DNA of 64,000 bases from Candidatus Bathyarchaeota archaeon (lineage in GTDB: Archaea; Thermoproteota; Bathyarchaeia; Bathyarchaeales; Bathycorpusculaceae): contig CAWGYA010000008.1 of NCBI GenBank assembly GCA_963826715.1, positions 192,001 to 256,000 on the forward strand, written 5' to 3'. Position 1 is the first letter of the stretch. Each line of letters begins with the position of its first letter. A model generated the notes under the pieces. That model had not been told where the DNA came from, did not search any database, and saw only the letters and a list, made by a program, of their open reading frames with translations. Of this stretch, positions 47,284 to 57,054 are shown piece after piece. Position numbers and translations under genes: made by a program.

Positions 47284-47763
47284 TTATTTTTTGGGATTAG
47301 CAGGAACTTTTTTGATTTTATATGCATGCCGAAGGGTTGCTGCTTGGGTTTTTACCCGTTGGAAACGCTTTTTGGTATTAGTTAACTCTGATAGCTTTAT
47401 GACATCTTGGACTTTGCTGAATTTTTCGGTTGTGCCATCTTCGCGGGTTCGCTCAACTTTGATACAGTCATCGACCATGCAGTTAACGACACAAGCCCCA
47501 CAGTAAACGCAAAGATCATCGATTATGCCGACTTCGCCCATACCCCAGTAGAGTGCGTTGGTTGGACACTTCTGCACACAGAGCTTACATTGACCTCCGA
47601 CACAAGTAAATTTGTTAATGCTAATTTTGCCATCTTTAAACAGATCCTTTACGCCAGTCGGCTCTAAAAGTTCCTTTCGCCGCTTCTTTTTTTCTTCTTC
47701 TTCACCCAATGCTTCCTCTTCTTCATTCATTAAGTCGAATATAGAAGGCGGATTTGTCGGCAT
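47284..47763 (-). CDS. 4Fe-4S dicluster protein
   Basis: CVGGQCKLCVQKCP and CVYCGACVVNC. Confidence 0.85.
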   Translation of the reverse strand: MPTNPPSIFDLMNEEEEALGEEEEKKKRRKELLEPTGVKDLFKDGKISINKFTCVGGQCKLCVQKCPTNALYWGMGEVGIIDDLCVYCGACVVNCMVDDCIKVERTREDGTTEKFSKVQDVIKLSELTNTKKRFQRVKTQAATLRHAYKIKKVPANPKK

Positions 47764-47943
47764 TGAAGGATCACCGGGGTTGTTAAAAAATTGGTGTAGA
47801 ATTATAATTACTTATCTTAAAGCTTTAGATGATTTTAACGAATAAACATACCTAATTCTGTTGCTTCATTTGTGTTTGCTCAGTACGCTTTTAATACTTC
47901 CCAAATCTTCGTTTAATATCAGCCTAAGGTCTGAAGAACCAAA

Positions 47944-49410
47944 ATGAGCCCAAATCTAACTCAAAACAGCCCTCCCATATCTAATGTTACGCCACACAGC
48001 CGCATTATATTAGCGATAATTGTTTTGGGCACACTTATGGGCGCTTTAGACAGCACTATCGTTCTCTTGGCGTTTCCAGTTATTAACGATAGTCTCAATT
48101 CAGATCTCGCTACCTCCATTTGGATTATTATCGCCTATCTTCTGGTACTTGCTGTTGCCACGACCCAAATGGGCAGAATCGGCGACAGCTACGGGCGCAG
48201 TAAAATCTTTAACAGTGGATTTATTGTCTTCACAATTGGTTCAGTTTTATGCGGATTATCGACGAGCATCTACATTTTGATTGGTTCTAGGATTATTCAA
48301 GCGGTGGGCGGTGCCATTTTGCAGGCAACTAGCGGAGCGATAATAGCTGATGTTTTTCCACCTCAAGTCCGTGGTCGAGCGTATGGTTACAATGCCCTTG
48401 GTTACACATCTGGGGCTATGTTAGGTATAGTTTTGGGTGGTATCTTAACAACCTTCATCAGTTGGCAATACATTTTCTTCATTAACATCCCCATAGGCGC
48501 TGTCGCAACCACCATAGGCTTGAAGTATCTTAAAGATACAAGCAAAACGTACAAAAAAATCGATTTTATTGGAATGGTACTTCTTGCCGCAGCATTGGTC
48601 ATGATTACGTTGGGACTTGTGAATTTTGCCGCGCAGGGGCTCAGCATCTTCAACCTCGTGACAACTTTAGTTGGTACTGCATTGGTTCCTGTTTTCATAG
48701 CCTACGATAGTAAATTGACCAATCCACTAATTGACTTTGAAGCCTTCAAAAACAAGGTGTTACGCAATGCGGTTTTCTCAGCGTTTTTCCTCAGCGTCGG
48801 CTACTTCAGCGTCGTTTTCCTGTTAATTATGTATCTACAAGGAATTCGGGGCCTCTCACCTTTGGATGCATCTTTACTGCTTGTTCCTGGCTATGTGGCA
48901 GGTAGCTTTCTTGGTCCAATCATGGGGCGCCTCTCAGACAAGTATGGTTCAAGGGGAATCGCGACGGCGGGAGTATTTTTCCTTTCGGCAGCTATCCTGA
49001 TATACCTCACAATGACTACGTCATCTTCCCTCTACATCGTTTTGTTAGGATCAGCCGTTTCAGGACTTGGCACATCGATGTTCTTCCCCGCCAACAATAG
49101 CGCCGTTATGGCAAACGCCCGCCAAGGATCCTACGGCAGCATCTCAGGTGTACTACGTACAGTGCAGAACATCGGTTTGGTCGGTAGTTTTGTGATGGCA
49201 ATTTCTGTTGCTTCAGTTTCGATTCCCCGATCGGTAGCATTTGAGGTTTTCATCGGGACCTCAAACTTGACAGGAGGCATCAGCAACGAGTTCCTGTCGG
49301 GCATCCACAACGCCTTCTATGCCTCTATAGTCATCCTGATCATCGCTGGTGTACTCTCCTATTTCAGGGGTAAGGAAGTCCGCAAGGTAATAACGTATCC
49401 TAAAACCTAA
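47944..49410 (+). CDS. MFS transporter (DHA2/EmrB-like, 14 TM)
   Basis: LDSTIV..A.P, GRIGDSYGR, WQYIFFINIPIG. Confidence 0.93.
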   Translation: MSPNLTQNSPPISNVTPHSRIILAIIVLGTLMGALDSTIVLLAFPVINDSLNSDLATSIWIIIAYLLVLAVATTQMGRIGDSYGRSKIFNSGFIVFTIGSVLCGLSTSIYILIGSRIIQAVGGAILQATSGAIIADVFPPQVRGRAYGYNALGYTSGAMLGIVLGGILTTFISWQYIFFINIPIGAVATTIGLKYLKDTSKTYKKIDFIGMVLLAAALVMITLGLVNFAAQGLSIFNLVTTLVGTALVPVFIAYDSKLTNPLIDFEAFKNKVLRNAVFSAFFLSVGYFSVVFLLIMYLQGIRGLSPLDASLLLVPGYVAGSFLGPIMGRLSDKYGSRGIATAGVFFLSAAILIYLTMTTSSSLYIVLLGSAVSGLGTSMFFPANNSAVMANARQGSYGSISGVLRTVQNIGLVGSFVMAISVASVSIPRSVAFEVFIGTSNLTGGISNEFLSGIHNAFYASIVILIIAGVLSYFRGKEVRKVITYPKT

Positions 49411-49454
49411 TACCGACAACGTTCAATTGATTAACTTACAGGCGGTAGCGGTCC

Positions 49455-50402
49455 TTGAATAAACCCAAATTCGGTGTCTTTCTACCATTCTATTGCTTTC
49501 AAAGCGTGACAGCCAAAAAGCACTATGAACAACTAAAAAAAATTGTTTTGGAGTGTGAACGGTTGGAATACGATTCGGTTTGGCTGGATGATCATCTAAT
49601 GTATGGTGATACACCGATTCTGGAATGCTGGACGACCCTAACAGCACTGGCGGTCTCAACAAGTACAATTCGCCTCGGTACCATGGTAGCATGTACAGCT
49701 CATCACAACCCCGCTTGGCTAGCTAAAGCTGCTGCTGCATTTGATGTAATCTCTGATGGGCGCCTTGAGCTGGGGTTGGGCTCTGGGGCACAGAAGAAGG
49801 AACACGACGCCTATGGCTTTGGTTTTGGCAAACCCAAAGTCAGGGCAAATCAACTGGCAGAGTCATTGGAAATACTTAGGAGACTATGGATTGAAAAGGA
49901 AACCAGCTTCCAGGGCACACACTACCAGCTAAACGGCGCTGTCTGCGAACCTAAACCTCAGCAAAAGCCCCACCCACCAGTTATAGTGGGTGGAAGCGGA
50001 GAAAAACACACCTTGCCCGTAACCGCCAGATATGCAGATCGTTATGATTGGGGCTATTTACCTTTTGAAGAATATAGACATAAACTTGGAGTTTTGGAAC
50101 GGATGTGTAAAGAGACGGGGAGGGATTTCACTGAGATTGAGAGATCATGTTGGCCAAGTGGGCAGATACTGATTGCGGAAACTAAAAAAAAGTTAGATGC
50201 CAAGGTTGCCAAGTTTAAGCCCAAAGGTGTTTCAATGGAAAATTTTTTAAAGTACACATTGGCTGCGACGCCCATAGATTGCGTGGATCGTTTACGAGTT
50301 TACCGTGAATTAGGAGCATCTTATTTTATGCTTTACTTCGCCGATTTACCTAGCCTAGATGGGCTGCGATTGTTTAGCAGTATCACCCGCGAATTGATTT
50401 AG
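49455..50402 (+). CDS. LLM-class (probably F420-dependent) oxidoreductase
   Basis: DSVWLDDH, IRLGTMV, DVISDGRLELGLG, PKPQQKPHPP..VGG.GE. Confidence 0.9.
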   Translation: MNKPKFGVFLPFYCFQSVTAKKHYEQLKKIVLECERLEYDSVWLDDHLMYGDTPILECWTTLTALAVSTSTIRLGTMVACTAHHNPAWLAKAAAAFDVISDGRLELGLGSGAQKKEHDAYGFGFGKPKVRANQLAESLEILRRLWIEKETSFQGTHYQLNGAVCEPKPQQKPHPPVIVGGSGEKHTLPVTARYADRYDWGYLPFEEYRHKLGVLERMCKETGRDFTEIERSCWPSGQILIAETKKKLDAKVAKFKPKGVSMENFLKYTLAATPIDCVDRLRVYRELGASYFMLYFADLPSLDGLRLFSSITRELI

Positions 50403-50736
50403 AGGTCTCTAAAGGATGTTTTTGTAAAGGCTTAGATGATGTTTTCTTTGCGTTTGCTCTAGTTTTTTAGGACCAGCACTAATCATCGTCGATAAAAACA
50501 TTTGATTGAAATAATGCGGATTATTCGCATTATATTTACGTCAGGGTACCATTTTTCATTCATTTTTTATTTTTCGGGCTTGAATTTCAGCCTTCAACAC
50601 AAAACCCTGGTACAGATGCATTTAAGAAATAGCCGCATTGCCTTCGGGGAAATTAGAAAATAAAAATCGCTGGAATACTCTAAAAGCCTTTAGGTTATTG
50701 CAGCACAACTATAAACTGAGGAAATGGAAAAAGAAG

Positions 50737-52254
50737 TTATTGTTTTTGTTTGCCGTTGTAGTCGGTTTTAAGAACGTTCATTCCACTTAGCACCGCTTCG
50801 ATGCTGGCTTTCACTATGTCTTCGCGGACACCTATTGCAGCTACTGTTCGGTTGCCTTCGCGAAGGTGCACCACTACCTCAACCATAGCATCAGTTCCAC
50901 CCGTGATTGCTTTGACATTGTACTGCTCAAGGGTTATGGGTTCAGTTTCGGAAAGCGCTGCTTTAACAGCATTAATGGTTGCGTCAACTGGACCGACTCC
51001 AATCGCGCTGCCCCATACGTATTTCCCGTTAAGTTTGAGCTTAACCGAGGCGGTTGAGGTGACTTTGTTACCTCCTACGAACGTCATCTCTTCGAGCTCA
51101 ATCGGCTTAACTCCGCCGAGCCCCATGACGGTTTCGGCTATGGCAAGTACATCGGCGTCCATTACTGATTTCCCTTTGTCGCCTAGTTCCTTTATACGCT
51201 GCATGATTTCGTGGAATTGCGGTTCACTGGGTTTTAGACCCATATTAGAGAGGTCGTTGCGGATAGCGTTTGAGCCGCTGTGTTTGCCGGGAGCAATTCT
51301 ACGGGTGCACCCAACGAGTTCAGGAGCAATGGGCTCATAAGTAAGAGGGTTTGCCAGGACACCTTGAGTGTGGATACCTGACTCATGTGTGAAGGCGTTT
51401 TCACCTACAACTGCTTTGTTGGGCTGCATATGCACACCTGTTAGTCTTGAAACGAGTTGGCTGGTGCTGTAGAGTAACTCAGTTTTAATGTTAAGGTCCA
51501 ACTTATAGAATGTGCGTAGTGCAACAACGATTTCTTCAAGCGCAGCATTGCCTGCCCGTTCACCTAACCCGTTTATAGTTGCGTGGCATTCTTCAACTCC
51601 CGTAGCTAATGCAACGATAGAGTTGGCAACTGCCATCCCGAAGTCGTTGTGGCAATGCACCCCCATTGGAACCTTGATTGATTCTTTTAATTTGGTGAAG
51701 AATTCGGAAGTGCGCTCGGGAGTAAGGTATCCAACAGTATCACATGGCGTCAGGCGTTGTGCACCTGCGCCTACTGCAGTCTCGAAGACTTTGGTTAAAT
51801 ATTCCAAATCCGAGCGCGTGGCATCTTCAGCTAAGAGCTCAACGATTAAGCCGTGATCTTTGGCGTAGCTAACGCAATCTTCAGTTATCTTTAGCACCTG
51901 CTCACGGGTCTTGCGTAACTTGCATTCTATATGCAAGTCGGAGGTGGGTATAATCATGCTGATAGTAGAGGCTCCGGATTTCAAGACGGCATCGATATCA
52001 CCGCGGGTACCGCGGGCTGCGCTACTGATTTCCGCGTGTAGTCCCTGTTTGGCGATGGTGCTTATTGATTTGAGTTCACCCTCGCTCACAGCAGCGAACC
52101 CAGCTTCAATCACATCCACTCCTAACTCATCGAGCCTCTGGGCTATACGCAGCTTATTTTCAGGTACAAGTGAAACTCCGGGTGTTTGTTCTCCATCACG
52201 CAAGGTGGTGTCTAAAAATTTTACAGACTTAGGGAAGCGGTTGAATAAAGCAAT
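50737..52254 (-). CDS. Isopropylmalate/citramalate synthase family (CimA or LeuA paralog); start anomalous
   Basis: FLDTTLRDGEQ, HCHNDFG, GERAGNA, HESGIH, C-terminal regulatory domain. Confidence 0.92.
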   Translation of the reverse strand: MALFNRFPKSVKFLDTTLRDGEQTPGVSLVPENKLRIAQRLDELGVDVIEAGFAAVSEGELKSISTIAKQGLHAEISSAARGTRGDIDAVLKSGASTISMIIPTSDLHIECKLRKTREQVLKITEDCVSYAKDHGLIVELLAEDATRSDLEYLTKVFETAVGAGAQRLTPCDTVGYLTPERTSEFFTKLKESIKVPMGVHCHNDFGMAVANSIVALATGVEECHATINGLGERAGNAALEEIVVALRTFYKLDLNIKTELLYSTSQLVSRLTGVHMQPNKAVVGENAFTHESGIHTQGVLANPLTYEPIAPELVGCTRRIAPGKHSGSNAIRNDLSNMGLKPSEPQFHEIMQRIKELGDKGKSVMDADVLAIAETVMGLGGVKPIELEEMTFVGGNKVTSTASVKLKLNGKYVWGSAIGVGPVDATINAVKAALSETEPITLEQYNVKAITGGTDAMVEVVVHLREGNRTVAAIGVREDIVKASIEAVLSGMNVLKTDYNGKQKQ

Positions 52255-52521
52255 ACCCCATTTAAATCACATTCATTTTCAAGGGGGCAAGCGGAGATAT
52301 AAGAATTATGGTACCCTACACTGTCAAAAAAGGCTTTAGCGAGTGATTCTTTTGTCCCAAGAAGTCTACTGGACCAACGTATATCTAAGAATATCCATAG
52401 TAGACAGAATAATCAGATAGGAGTTACTTTTTATAAATTAAATCGGGTTGGCATCGCGCAAAACTTAACTGCAACTAAATCCAGATAGTCCTCTGTTAGT
52501 ATTTGTATTGAGGTATTAGCT

Positions 52522-54150
52522 TTGAGAAGCGATCAAATCAAGTCTGGAATTGAGAAAGCACCTCATCGCGCTCTTTTAAAATCTTTGGGCTTAGAGGACG
52601 ATGATATTTCTAAGCCTCTTATAGGCGTTGCGAACAGCTACACAAACATTGTTCCGGGCCATATTCACTTGCGAATAATCGGTGAAGCAGTAAAAGAAGG
52701 CATCTTATCTGCTGGAGGCACACCATTCGAATTTAACACTATTGCGGTTTGCGATGGAATCGCTATGGGGCACCAGGGTATGCGTTATTCCCTTCCGTCA
52801 CGAGAAATTATTGCCGACAGCGTTGAAATTATGTTGCAAGCTCACAGCCTTGACGGTTTAGTTATGATATCTAATTGCGACAAAATCACACCTGGCATGC
52901 TGATGGCAGCTGCCCGTGTTGACATTCCAGCCATTATGGTTACAGGAGGACCTATGGCAGCAGGTATACACCACAACAGAAAAATAAGCTACTCAGCAAT
53001 GCCCGAAGCACTTGGGCAATTTACCGCAGGAAAAATGTCGGAAGGTGAGGTTTTGGAGTTGGAAGCGGAAGCGTGCCCAGGATGTGGCAGCTGTAGCGGC
53101 ATGTTTACAGCTAATACCATGGCATGCATGACCGAAGCACTCGGATTATCGTTGCCTTACTGTGCTACTTCGCTGGCAAATAGCGCCTTCAAACTCAGAA
53201 TGGCAAGAGCAACTGGCAAACAAATTATAAAACTTGTCAAGGATGACCTCAAACCTTCACAAATCCTAACTCATGAAGCCTTTGAAAATGCAATCGCTCT
53301 CGACATGGCACTTGGTGGCTCCACCAACACTACCCTGCACTTACCAGCTATCGCTAAAGAAGCAGGCATCAAATTACCGCTATTGGCTTTTGACGAAATC
53401 GGTAGAAAAGTCCCACATCTCTGCAGCATGATCCCAAGTGGCATATACGCTCTTGAGGATTTGGATACGGCAGGTGGAGTACCAGCAGTTCTAAACGAAA
53501 TTCGGTCACTTCTTCATCTCAAAGTGTCTACTGTCACAGGCAAATCTATCGATGAAAATATTAAAAACGCCAAAGTTCGCGACCGAAATGTAATCCATTC
53601 ATTATCTGACCCAGTGCATAAAGAAGGGGGCATTGCAATTTTGACAGGGAACCTAGCCCCGAAGGGGTCAGTTATTAAAACCGCAGGCGTTTCAGAGAAA
53701 ATGCAAAAGCACATCGGTCCAGCAAGAGTTTACGATTCAGAATCCGAAGCCTTAACAGCGATTCGCTGTGGAAAAATCAAACCGGGTGATGTTGTAATTA
53801 TCCGTTATGAAGGTCCACGTGGAGGACCCGGAATGCCTGAAATGCTGTTTCCGACAGCAACAATTGCAGGCATGGGCTTAGCCGATAGCGTTGCACTCGT
53901 AACGGATGGACGTTTTTCTGGCGCTACAAGAGGCGGCAGCATAGGGCATGTTGCTCCCGAAGCCTTCGAAGGTGGACCAATCGCTGTGCTCAAGGACGGT
54001 GACACCATAATTATCGACATCCCTAACCGCCTCCTGAGGGTGGAACTTACAGACGCTGAGTTGCAGTCACGACTTAACACTTGGAAGCCACGTGAGCCAA
54101 AAATCAAAAAAGGCATCCTTTCTCGGTATATACCAACTTCGATTGAATAA
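52522..54150 (+). CDS. ilvD: Dihydroxy-acid dehydratase
   Basis: CDGIAMGH, NCDKITPG, CSGMFTANTM, TDGRFSGAT. Confidence 0.98.
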   Translation: MRSDQIKSGIEKAPHRALLKSLGLEDDDISKPLIGVANSYTNIVPGHIHLRIIGEAVKEGILSAGGTPFEFNTIAVCDGIAMGHQGMRYSLPSREIIADSVEIMLQAHSLDGLVMISNCDKITPGMLMAAARVDIPAIMVTGGPMAAGIHHNRKISYSAMPEALGQFTAGKMSEGEVLELEAEACPGCGSCSGMFTANTMACMTEALGLSLPYCATSLANSAFKLRMARATGKQIIKLVKDDLKPSQILTHEAFENAIALDMALGGSTNTTLHLPAIAKEAGIKLPLLAFDEIGRKVPHLCSMIPSGIYALEDLDTAGGVPAVLNEIRSLLHLKVSTVTGKSIDENIKNAKVRDRNVIHSLSDPVHKEGGIAILTGNLAPKGSVIKTAGVSEKMQKHIGPARVYDSESEALTAIRCGKIKPGDVVIIRYEGPRGGPGMPEMLFPTATIAGMGLADSVALVTDGRFSGATRGGSIGHVAPEAFEGGPIAVLKDGDTIIIDIPNRLLRVELTDAELQSRLNTWKPREPKIKKGILSRYIPTSIE

Positions 54151-54727
54151 TACAAAAATGTTAGCTAAGAGATCTATTGGCTCAACTAAAAAATTATTTG
54201 GCTATACCTTCTACAGATACTTTGAACGGATTCATGGACTGCACAGTATCAATATGATTCAACTGGCAGACCGGATAAGCAAAAAATCTTAGTTACGATT
54301 TTTTTCTCAATTGTTTATTTATATTTGCAACGCACTTCTCGAGGTATGGCGCTTAAGCTTTTTCGTTTCAGCGCCTCTGCAAAAGTTTCTGCCGATTTAT
54401 CGCAAATTTGATAATATGAACTTACGATAGCACAAAAGAAATCACATGAAAATGGCACCCAACTCTCGATGGGGTTGTTACGCTTTTAACTTGGTCTGCC
54501 AACATTTAGATGGGGTCACCACAATCTTTTTATGGGAACATAACTTACGTTCAAGATACGTGGAGTTTAAAAGAGGTTTGAAAATGAGGGATCGTCACCT
54601 CAATAGCTGGGATCGTCGGGTACAAATTCTCTAAATCACCCAGGTTACCCTCTAAAACAACTACAATATTTTCAGCTCAATTTTTTTGTTCAGACGAGAG
54701 TATATTCCATAAAAAATACAGGAGACC

Positions 54728-56443
54728 ATGTTGAACATGACAAAAATGAACGGTGCACAGGCACTTCTAGAATCCCTTGAACGACAAAAAGTTGACACCA
54801 TATTCGGTATCTTAGGCGGAGCTATCCTTCCCGTATACGACGAACTATGCAGCCACAAAAAAATCCGCCACATACTTGCACGGCATGAACAATGCGCCGC
54901 ACATGAAGCCGAAGGTTACGCTAAAGCCAGCGGCCGAGTAGGCGTTTGTATGGCAACCAGCGGACCAGGAGCCACTAATCTCGTAACAGGAATTGCCAAC
55001 GCCTACATGGATTCCTCCCCAATCGTTGCGTTAACAGGTCAAGTGCCATCCAGCGGCGTCAACACTAGTTACATGATTGGCAAAGACGCCTTCCAAGAAG
55101 CAGACATCATAGGCATAGTTACGGCAGTCACCAAATATAGCTACCAACCCAGAAGCATAGCTGAAATTCCCGAGATGGTGAATAACGCCTTCTACTTGGC
55201 AAACACTGGAAGACCAGGACCAGTCCTAATAGACTTACCAAAGAACATACAGGCAGACTTCGCGGATATAGAACTCACCAACAAAATCAGTCTAAGAGGT
55301 TACAAACTAATCACTGAACCCAAACCCTCAAAAATTAACCAAGCCGCCGATTTGCTGGCGAAAGCAGAGCGCCCAATCATACTAGCCGGCGGCGGAGTTA
55401 TTTCTTCAGGTGCATCAGACGAAATCGTTGCAATGTCGGATTTGCTGATGGCTCCAGTCGCCACCACTTTCATGGGCAAGGGAGCATTCCCCGAAACTCA
55501 CCCTCTATCTCTGGGAAGCATCGGCATGCACGGCAACCCCGCAGCCAACAGGCTAATCGGTGAAGCAGATGTGCTACTGGCAGTGGGCACCCGTTTCTCG
55601 GATCGAGCAACTGCTAATCTAGATACCTTCGCCCAAAACGCAAAAAAAATCCACGTAGAAATCGACAACGCAGAAATCAACAAAAACATAGAGGTCGACG
55701 TTCCAATAGTTGCAGATGCTAAGAGAGCCATGACTATACTGCTGCAAGCAACATCGGAGAAACTCAAGAAAGGAGAGGGGAAAGCATGGACAAAACATGT
55801 TAAGGAAGCAAAAGATCAATTGAGCCCGTTGCTAAGAGAACGCCCTCGCGACATTGTTCCAAAGCATCTACTCAAGGTATTGCGTGAGTTGCTTCCTGAA
55901 AGTGGCATAATAACCACCGAAGTGGGCCAAAACCAAATGTGGTCAGCACTGTATTTCCAAGCAATAAAGCCACGGACCTTCATCAGCTCTGGTGGGCTTG
56001 GAACGATGGGCTTCGGTTTCCCAGCAGCCATTGGAGCCAAAGCCGCATGTCCCAATCGTCAAGTTGTAGACGTTGCAGGCGACGGCAGCTTTATCATGTC
56101 TGAACAAGAGCTAGCATGCAGTGTTACTGAAAACATACCCGTCATTGTAATCGTACTAAACAACAGCGTTTTGGGTATGGTAGCACAATGGCAACGTACA
56201 CTCTACAATCGTAGATACAACGCGGTCAATCTAGGCAAGTCTCCTGACATGGTTAAGTTGGCAGAAGCTTATGGAGCACAAGGATTCCGCATAAATAGCA
56301 TAGAGGAATTCCAAAAAGCAGTTAAGACAGCGCTATCTAGTAATGTTACAACAGTGATCGATGTGCCCATCGGCTCGGAAACGGACGTTGTACCTTTCGT
56401 GCCGCCGGGCTGCGGTTTACCACAACAGAGAGGGGACTACTAA
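54728..56443 (+). CDS. ilvB: Acetolactate synthase large subunit
   Basis: RHEQ, TSGPGATN, VGQNQMW, GDGS ThDP motif. Confidence 0.97.
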   Translation: MLNMTKMNGAQALLESLERQKVDTIFGILGGAILPVYDELCSHKKIRHILARHEQCAAHEAEGYAKASGRVGVCMATSGPGATNLVTGIANAYMDSSPIVALTGQVPSSGVNTSYMIGKDAFQEADIIGIVTAVTKYSYQPRSIAEIPEMVNNAFYLANTGRPGPVLIDLPKNIQADFADIELTNKISLRGYKLITEPKPSKINQAADLLAKAERPIILAGGGVISSGASDEIVAMSDLLMAPVATTFMGKGAFPETHPLSLGSIGMHGNPAANRLIGEADVLLAVGTRFSDRATANLDTFAQNAKKIHVEIDNAEINKNIEVDVPIVADAKRAMTILLQATSEKLKKGEGKAWTKHVKEAKDQLSPLLRERPRDIVPKHLLKVLRELLPESGIITTEVGQNQMWSALYFQAIKPRTFISSGGLGTMGFGFPAAIGAKAACPNRQVVDVAGDGSFIMSEQELACSVTENIPVIVIVLNNSVLGMVAQWQRTLYNRRYNAVNLGKSPDMVKLAEAYGAQGFRINSIEEFQKAVKTALSSNVTTVIDVPIGSETDVVPFVPPGCGLPQQRGDY

Positions 56444-56444
56444 T

Positions 56445-56957
56445 ATGGAAACTGGAAAAACCAAAGTCATATCTGTGCTAGTCGAAAACAAACCAGGTGT
56501 CTTACACATGATTTCTAACCTGTTTAGGCGCCGAAATTTTAACATAGAGTCCATCACTGTAGGACCTACAGAACAAGCTGAAATAGCGCGTATGACAATA
56601 ACCGTTAACGAAGACGAAAAAACTGTTGACCAAGTCATTAAACAAGTTGCCAAACAAATCGACGTTCTCAAGGTGGGTGAACTAGAGCAAGGCAACTTCG
56701 TCATGCGGGAACTCTCTTTAGTTAAAGTAGCAGTGAAAGATGCTAAAGAACGCAGTGACATCATTAACTTCGTGGAAGTCTTCCGCGGTCGAATTATTGA
56801 TCTTTCCTTTGACAGTTTAACGGTAGAAATTACGGGAGCCCCCGACAAAATCGATGCATTCCTTAACCTAATGAAAACCTTTGGAATTATTGAGCTTGCA
56901 CGCACCGGTATAACTGCACTGGCACGAGGTGCCAAATCGATAAGAATCGACGAATAA
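56445..56957 (+). CDS. ilvH: Acetolactate synthase small regulatory subunit
   Basis: VENKPGVL, RRRNFNIESITVG, ELARTG. Confidence 0.97.
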   Translation: METGKTKVISVLVENKPGVLHMISNLFRRRNFNIESITVGPTEQAEIARMTITVNEDEKTVDQVIKQVAKQIDVLKVGELEQGNFVMRELSLVKVAVKDAKERSDIINFVEVFRGRIIDLSFDSLTVEITGAPDKIDAFLNLMKTFGIIELARTGITALARGAKSIRIDE

Positions 56958-57054
56958 ACAGCTCTTCCATAGCGGAAATGCTTAATTGTCTGTTCTTTAG
57001 AAATTGGAAATGTCCCATCTCTGATTAGATTAATTCAAGGATAAGCGAAAAAAA

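Noticed and set aside
54092-54634. Short ORFs in the ilvD-ilvB spacer as leader peptides
   Set aside because: No run of Leu/Ile/Val codons, no RBS and no recognisable homology
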